A stretch of DNA of 64,000 nucleotides from Thermoplasmata archaeon. GTDB taxonomy: Archaea; Thermoplasmatota; E2; JACPAO01; JAHFTW01. Under the pieces are notes generated by a model. The model saw only the letters and a list, made by a program, of their open reading frames with translations, had not been told where the DNA came from and did no database searches. The position numbers and the translations under genes were made by a program. The DNA lies in assembly GCA_034667725.1 (NCBI GenBank), contig JAXDQS010000010.1, forward strand, positions 423,171 through 487,170, read 5' to 3'. Shown here piece by piece: positions 58,429 through 64,000 of the stretch; the first letter of the stretch is position 1; each line of letters starts with the position of its first letter.

Positions 58429-59391
58429 CTACGCGGTCCCCTCGGCCGCGGGCTCAGGGGCCACCGGCAACGCGAAGCACGCCGTCGCGCCCTGGCCCCG
58501 CCCGGGGCTCTCGATCCACATCAAGCCGCCGTGGCGCTCGACCAATCCCTTCGAGATGTAGAGGCCGAGGCCCGTGCCCGGGTCGCCGTGCGGGCTCTGG
58601 TCCGCGAGCTTGGCGAACGGCTTGAACAGCCGCGCCAGCTCGTCGCCGGACAAGCCGATGCCGGAGTCCTCCACCTGCACGAGCGCCTCCGTGCCGCGGC
58701 GCCGGGCCCCGATGCGGACGCGGCCGCCGCGGGGCGTGAACTTGAGGGCGTTGGTCGTCATGTTGTCGAGCACCTGGCCGAGGCGGGCAGCGTCGCCATC
58801 CACCCACAGCGGCGGGCCGGGCACCAGTTCCAGGTGGACGCCCCGCTCCTGCGCCGGCCCCACGAACGACTCGTAGGTGTCGCGCACCAAGGTCGCAAGG
58901 TCCATCGGCGCCTTGTGGAGCCGCAGCTCGCCGGCCTCCATGCGGCTCACCGACAACAGGTCGCCGGAGAGCAGCACGACGCGGTCCAGGTTGCGGTTGA
59001 GGATGCCGAGGGCCCGCTCCTGCGCCTCCGTCGTCGGCCCCGCCGCGCCCGAGCGCAGCAGGTGCATCTGCAGCCGGATGGGTGTCAGCGGCGTGCCCAG
59101 CTCGTGGGCGGCCGTGTTGATGAAGCGCGACTTCATGCGGTCGATCTCCCGGAGCTTCTCGACCTCGCGGCTGCGCTCCTTGTGGGCGCGCTCCAGGTCG
59201 TCGAGGATGAAGCGGGCCAACAGCAGCACCCGGTCGACCACCGAGGCGTCGCTGGCCGGCACGTCGACACGGCTCGAGAAGTCGCCCGCGATCGCCCGCG
59301 CCATGGCGTCCGCCAGCCGGCCCAGCCGCTGCGCGTCGCCCTCCGCCTCGCCGGGCGGCGGCTGCGCGGCGGCCGTGTCCTGGCCCCTCAT
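58429..59391 (-). CDS. Cytoplasmic histidine kinase (HAMP-like, HisKA, HATPase)
   Basis: AIAGDFSSRV, AAHELGTP, NALKFT, GTGLGL. Confidence 0.88.
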   Translation of the reverse strand: MRGQDTAAAQPPPGEAEGDAQRLGRLADAMARAIAGDFSSRVDVPASDASVVDRVLLLARFILDDLERAHKERSREVEKLREIDRMKSRFINTAAHELGTPLTPIRLQMHLLRSGAAGPTTEAQERALGILNRNLDRVVLLSGDLLSVSRMEAGELRLHKAPMDLATLVRDTYESFVGPAQERGVHLELVPGPPLWVDGDAARLGQVLDNMTTNALKFTPRGGRVRIGARRRGTEALVQVEDSGIGLSGDELARLFKPFAKLADQSPHGDPGTGLGLYISKGLVERHGGLMWIESPGRGQGATACFALPVAPEPAAEGTA

Positions 59392-59449
59392 TGGCTGAAG
59401 GGCGGGGGCGGGCGCCGAGGGGTCGGGGAGGGGCTTGGCGGCCAAGGGG

Positions 59450-60016
59450 TCACCACTGCATGAGGTACTCGTAGCGGCGCGGCCCGGTGGCTTGGCCAAC
59501 GACGGTGCCCTTGAGCCCGAAGTCGGCCATCCACTGGCCCAAGAACCCCTTGAAGTGCTCCATCGGGTAGTCGGCGTTGCCCATCGCCATCTTGACGGTG
59601 GTGGGCGCCAACTCCTCGGACTCGAAGGTGACCCCCTTGAACACCCGCTCCGCGATGGCGGGCGAATGCAGGATCATGAAACGGAAGTCGCGCGGCAGCA
59701 TCCCGAACAGCACCGTCGCCCACGGCGTCCCCTTGAAGTTGCGGTAGTGCAGCCGCCCCGCCTCGTACGCGACGTCGTCCGCGGCCACCGGCTCCTTGAC
59801 CAAGAGCTCGACGGCGGCCTCCAGGATGCGGACCTCGAGCGCGACCGGGACGTCCTCGGCGGCGCCGAACGAGAGGGGTTGCCCGACCAGCAGCTCCAGC
59901 CGCTCCCGGCCCTCCGCGCCGCACGCGCGCTCCACCGCCTTGATGTGGCTGTTGACGAAGATGCCCTTGATGGTCGGCGGGACGAACGCCAGCGGCCCAG
60001 GGGCGTGCTCGGGCAT
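59450..60016 (-). CDS. DUF2378 (TIGR02265)-like protein
   Basis: IKGIF, size about 190 aa, AGR..Y..F..TPW, terminal YEYLMQW. Confidence 0.6.
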   Translation of the reverse strand: MPEHAPGPLAFVPPTIKGIFVNSHIKAVERACGAEGRERLELLVGQPLSFGAAEDVPVALEVRILEAAVELLVKEPVAADDVAYEAGRLHYRNFKGTPWATVLFGMLPRDFRFMILHSPAIAERVFKGVTFESEELAPTTVKMAMGNADYPMEHFKGFLGQWMADFGLKGTVVGQATGPRRYEYLMQW

Positions 60017-60084
60017 AGCCGCAAATGCCTTGCTGGAGGTTGAAGGCCGTTCTGGGAATGGTTTTTGAAGAGTGGCGCGGGGCG

Positions 60085-60798
60085 TCAGGCTTCGCAGTTG
60101 GACTCCAGGACAGGGCCCGTGCGCAAGAGGTTAGGGTCTCTCAGATTGTCGTACACGCCGTCCGCTTGGATCACCTTCACCGTGACCTCGCCGTCGGGGA
60201 ACTCGATGTTCATTGTGCTTTGCATGGGCGCAAATCCGCCGTTCGCAGGCCGCATCGGGTGGAGGAAGTAGTCCCCTTCGGGGAACCGGAGGCGCAGCGT
60301 GTACCAGAGGCTCCCATGCACCTCCTGAAGGAGCACGTCCTCCGCCACGAGCGGGGTCTCGCGATGATTGGCCGTGGCGAACGTCCAAGCCACCATGTCG
60401 ATGGAGACGCCGTCCTGCCAATGCAGCGGGAAGAAGAAGCCGTCGCCATCCAAGGTGAACACGTGGGCCTCCGGCGGCGCGTCGGGGCCCGAAAGGGTGA
60501 CTTTCCCCCAGTGCTTGGTCGCGCCGCTTTTGAAGTGCCCCTGTAGCCCCAGGCTACCGTCGCTGGACCGCAGCAGCCGATACTCGGACAGCGTCCGGTT
60601 GTGCTGGTCCACGCAGGTCCAATCCCCGGTCGGCGCCCCCTGCAAGACCTCTGGTGCGATCCATGTGGTGCAGGGCACTTCCACCTCAAGGAACCTGCCT
60701 GCGCAAGGCGGATAGCTGGCCTCAGGGGGCGGCGTCGGCTCGGAGGCGCAGCCGGCCAAGAGCAGCAGGAGGACGCAGAGGACGGGGCGTGCGCTCAT
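60085..60798 (-). CDS. Hypothetical lipoprotein (lower-GC island)
   Basis: Lipobox LAGC; atypical codons. Confidence 0.7.
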   Translation of the reverse strand: MSARPVLCVLLLLLAGCASEPTPPPEASYPPCAGRFLEVEVPCTTWIAPEVLQGAPTGDWTCVDQHNRTLSEYRLLRSSDGSLGLQGHFKSGATKHWGKVTLSGPDAPPEAHVFTLDGDGFFFPLHWQDGVSIDMVAWTFATANHRETPLVAEDVLLQEVHGSLWYTLRLRFPEGDYFLHPMRPANGGFAPMQSTMNIEFPDGEVTVKVIQADGVYDNLRDPNLLRTGPVLESNCEA

Positions 60799-62090
60799 AG
60801 GTTCAGGGTATGCACCTTGAAGTCGTAGCTCATGGACGTGACTTGGACGGGCGGCTGCCCCTCGGTCGGCTGCCAGGTTCCGGAACCGGGCTGGACCAAG
60901 TGGTCGGCGCTGGATTCGAACGCGTCTCCAGAGGCAATCACGGAAAGCCGCCCGTGGCCGTCGTCCGCGACGTCTGCCAGGAAGAGTGCTTCCGTCGTGC
61001 CTTGCGAGAGCGCCGTGTCGGTGATGGCAAGCTCCCCCACATGGACCTGCAGCGCGGTGGCGGCGCCCACGCCTTCAAACAGCAGGCCGCCACAACGGGA
61101 GGTCGCCTTCGCGTCGCTCTCTTCGGCCTGCCCGCCCGGCGCCGCCCCAGCGACCCGGAAGGCCGACGGCGCGGCGTCCTCCGCCAGCTTCTCCCATCCG
61201 AGGCGCAGGTCCCCGGCGCCGTTCACCATGGTCCAGGCAAGCACCGTGCCATCGGGAGAGAGCATGGTGCTGCGTGGGACAAAGGCGGCCGGGACCCCGC
61301 CCCCGCCTACGCAGAGGATTTTGTTGGCAAGCGTGTCCGCGTTGAGCAACGCGCCGAGGCAGTCTCCGCCCCAGTGCCAACCCAGAACGCCCCTCCAAGG
61401 ATACGCAGTGATGGACATAGCATACTCGCCAGCCTCCGAGCGGGAGTAACTGTTCGACTCGTAGCCGCGCGTGTAGGACAGCGAGGCCGACCCGGATGGG
61501 CCGGTCTTGGTGATGCCGACGTTGATGCCTGCGGCCCATTGGTCGGGCTGGCTGGTCTGGGTCACCGCGACGCTCCAGCCGGTCGCGGCCGTGCTCCCGA
61601 CGATGGACTGGCTCACGCGCAGGTCCCATTCGTAGGTCTCGCCTGGGCCATCCTGCAAGCCGGTGAGGCCTGCGCAGGAGGTGGAGTTCGTCGTGAAGGA
61701 ATGTTCGCAAGGGTTCCCAGCGGCATGGTCATCCTCCACGAACAGCGTCGTCGAATGGCTGCCGGGCGGGCTGCCGTCGGAATGGCCGTGCAAATACCAA
61801 TGCTGGTTCAGCACCGACCCTGGCATGTTGTTGTTCCACGCGAACGCGCCGCGGACCTTCGCCCCCGCCGCGATCTCCGCCGGTGTCTGGCGCATCTGGT
61901 ACAGCGCGAACGCGTTCCACGTGCCGCTGCCGGTGTATTGGACTAGGTCGTAGGTCCGCCCGTCCGAACATGTCACGACAGGCTGGTCCGTGTCCGAAAG
62001 CACCGGGTCTGCGGTGGTCGCGACGGGTATGGCGAGCCCGAAGGTTCCCATCACGACCAGGACGGCGGTCGCCGCCGAAGCATGACGCAT
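60795..62090 (-). CDS. Secreted Ser/Thr/Gly-rich protein (lower-GC island)
   Basis: Signal peptide; ATGA overlap with the lipoprotein gene. Confidence 0.7.
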   Translation of the reverse strand: MRHASAATAVLVVMGTFGLAIPVATTADPVLSDTDQPVVTCSDGRTYDLVQYTGSGTWNAFALYQMRQTPAEIAAGAKVRGAFAWNNNMPGSVLNQHWYLHGHSDGSPPGSHSTTLFVEDDHAAGNPCEHSFTTNSTSCAGLTGLQDGPGETYEWDLRVSQSIVGSTAATGWSVAVTQTSQPDQWAAGINVGITKTGPSGSASLSYTRGYESNSYSRSEAGEYAMSITAYPWRGVLGWHWGGDCLGALLNADTLANKILCVGGGGVPAAFVPRSTMLSPDGTVLAWTMVNGAGDLRLGWEKLAEDAAPSAFRVAGAAPGGQAEESDAKATSRCGGLLFEGVGAATALQVHVGELAITDTALSQGTTEALFLADVADDGHGRLSVIASGDAFESSADHLVQPGSGTWQPTEGQPPVQVTSMSYDFKVHTLNL

Positions 62091-62204
62091 CCATCCCGAC
62101 CCACGCGACCCTTTTGCATAAAGTTGCTGCCCACAGAATTGGAAGATCGGCCCTTCACCAGCTGCGGCGCAACATTTTCCCGACCCTCCCCGTGCCCGCC
62201 GCCG

Positions 62205-62969
62205 ATGCCCAAGCCGCGCAGGCCGATCGGGACGCTGGACTGGCTGATGCTGGTGCTCGCCCTGCTGTCTGTGGGGATGCTGGCCTACGAGACCTGGGGG
62301 CCGGTGACGCCGGAGCAGACCGCCCAGATCATCCTGGCCGACTACGTCATCATCGGCATCTTCGCGCTGGAGTTCGCGTACCGCTGGATCCGCGACCCGA
62401 AGCCGGCCACGTTCCCGCTCCGGAACTGGTACGAGGTGCTCGGCATGATCCCCGTGTCGCATCCGGCCATCCGCGGCTTCCGCCTGTTCCGGATCGTGCG
62501 CATCGTGGTCATCATGGCGCGCTTCGGCCGGGCGGCCGACCGGGTGTTCGGCGAGGGCTTCACCCGCCGGCTGCTGGCGCGCTTCAAGAAGGCCATCGTG
62601 GACACCATCGGCGACGCCATCACGGTCAAGGTGCTGGACGAGACGCTGGAGGTGCTGCAGAAGGGCCGCTACGCCGCCAACCTCGCCGACGCGATGGAGC
62701 GCCACGGCCCCGAGATGCAGGCCATCATCGTCGAGAAGATCAAGGCCGACCCCGAGCTGGGCACCGTCCGCCACATCCCGTTCTTCGACGCCGTCGTCGC
62801 CACCTCCAGCAAGGTCACGCAGCGCGTCCTCATCGACCTGCTGCGCGACCCGCGCATGGACGACATGGTCAAGCAGATCATCCGCGACAACGTCGAGCAG
62901 ATCCGCGCCGCGGTGCGCCAAAAGGAGCTGGCCGACGAAGCCGCCCGCAAGGCGGCCCGGGCGGCCTGA
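62205..62969 (+). CDS. Ion_trans-like voltage-sensor protein lacking a pore domain
   Basis: IFALEF, RNWYE, S4 segment RGFRLFRIVR. Confidence 0.75.
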   Translation: MPKPRRPIGTLDWLMLVLALLSVGMLAYETWGPVTPEQTAQIILADYVIIGIFALEFAYRWIRDPKPATFPLRNWYEVLGMIPVSHPAIRGFRLFRIVRIVVIMARFGRAADRVFGEGFTRRLLARFKKAIVDTIGDAITVKVLDETLEVLQKGRYAANLADAMERHGPEMQAIIVEKIKADPELGTVRHIPFFDAVVATSSKVTQRVLIDLLRDPRMDDMVKQIIRDNVEQIRAAVRQKELADEAARKAARAA

Positions 62970-63019
62970 CGCCCGGCAGAAACCGGCAGACGTATGGGCG
63001 GGCCCGCAAGTGGAGCCGC

Positions 63020-63892
63020 ATGCGCCTCCTCTCCGCCGCCCTCGCGGCCGTCACTCTCCTTGCCGTGTCCGCCACCGCCGCCACCACCTTCGAGGCGGTG
63101 CGGCCCGGCGCCGAGGCCCTGGGCGCCGACCTCGCCGTCTCCGGCGCCACCATCGGCTTCCTGGACGCGGACGGCGACAACCGCGTCGACGAGGCCAACC
63201 CCGACGAGCCCGCCTACGTCGACGTGGACCACGACGGCCGCGCCAGCTACGGCGACATCCGGCTCACCGCGTTCGCCGCCTACCCCGCCGGCACCCGCGT
63301 CGACTTCACCAGCCGCGACTTCGGCCTCACCCTCGCCCAGCCCGCCGGCTGGTTCGCCACCGGCGAGGAAGGCTGGTACCTCGACTTCGACTTCACCGGC
63401 ACCGTGACCGAGGGCGACCTGCGCGCCGACGGCCCCCGCGCCGCCACCAAGGCCCACGCCGGCGACAGCGACCTCGGCGACCCGCTCACCCAAGCGCAGG
63501 TCGGGATGCTGCCGGCCAGCCGCATCGCCGTGCGCGACCTCGACCACGACGGCCGCGCCGGCCTTGACGAGCCGCTCTACCTCGACATGGACGGCGCCAG
63601 CCCGACCGGCGGCGCCCGCCGCGTCAGCGTCGGCGACGTGCGCATCGTGCCCGGCAAGCTCAGCGTCGACGACGGGCCGACGCGCGCCGAGTTCGACGAC
63701 GCCGTCGCCCAGGCCGCCGCCGGCCGCGACACCGAAGGCAACCCCGTCCTCGCCGCCGAAGTGCAGGACACCGAGGCGAAGGCCAGCTGGCGCGTGCTGG
63801 ACTGGATCCTCGTCGCCGTCGGCGTGCTGAACCTGGCCGGCCTTGCGATCGTCTACAAGGCGGCGACGCAGCCCCGCCACCCGTTCAAGTGA
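63020..63892 (+). CDS. Secreted DxDxDG-repeat protein with C-terminal TM
   Basis: DADGDN, DVDHDG, DLDHDG, DMDG motifs. Confidence 0.75.
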   Translation: MRLLSAALAAVTLLAVSATAATTFEAVRPGAEALGADLAVSGATIGFLDADGDNRVDEANPDEPAYVDVDHDGRASYGDIRLTAFAAYPAGTRVDFTSRDFGLTLAQPAGWFATGEEGWYLDFDFTGTVTEGDLRADGPRAATKAHAGDSDLGDPLTQAQVGMLPASRIAVRDLDHDGRAGLDEPLYLDMDGASPTGGARRVSVGDVRIVPGKLSVDDGPTRAEFDDAVAQAAAGRDTEGNPVLAAEVQDTEAKASWRVLDWILVAVGVLNLAGLAIVYKAATQPRHPFK

Positions 63893-63896
63893 AAAC

Positions 63897-64000
63897 GGCC
63901 GCGAGCGCCGCAGCGCGAGCCTTCAGGGGGTCTTGGGGGCCGAAGGCCCCCGAGCGGGGGGACAGGCGCGGGGGGCGGAGCCCCCCGCCGCGCGGGCCCC
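63897..64000 (+). repeat. GNA-triloop hairpin element (cut by the window edge)
   Basis: GGGGGCCGAAGGCCCCC and GGGGGGCGGAGCCCCCC right after a stop codon. Confidence 0.75.

Overview
High-GC (~70%) archaeal chromosomal segment, most consistent with a Thermoplasmatota lineage. Archaeal markers: TBP, uS15, LonB, ABCE1/Rli1, Kae1-Bud32 fusion, Pcc1, class I CCA enzyme, archaeal aroA'/aroB'/aroK. The window holds mostly housekeeping genes, a complete archaeal chorismate operon, HppD/HmgA, three bacterial-type histidine kinases, an arsenic/redox-like locus and a lower-GC pair of secreted genes. I saw no tRNA, rRNA, CRISPR array, integrase or transposase. The most unusual signal: three unrelated genes (HxlR regulator, rps15, a DUF4332-like gene) have their last 9-16 codons duplicated about 100-175 bp downstream, across GC-rich elements built from C-GNA-G triloop hairpins. 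In the aligned cores, every difference between gene end and copy is synonymous. Other highlights: a 12-aa four-Cys peptide with a perfect SD, two ArsC/LMW-PTP paralogues with the catalytic Cys replaced by Asp, a triple TGTCCA-N4-TGGACA operator before the aro operon, a PAS-MenA fusion and a second family of palindromic CACGG repeats. All family calls come from motif recognition, not database searches. Start codons are best estimates.
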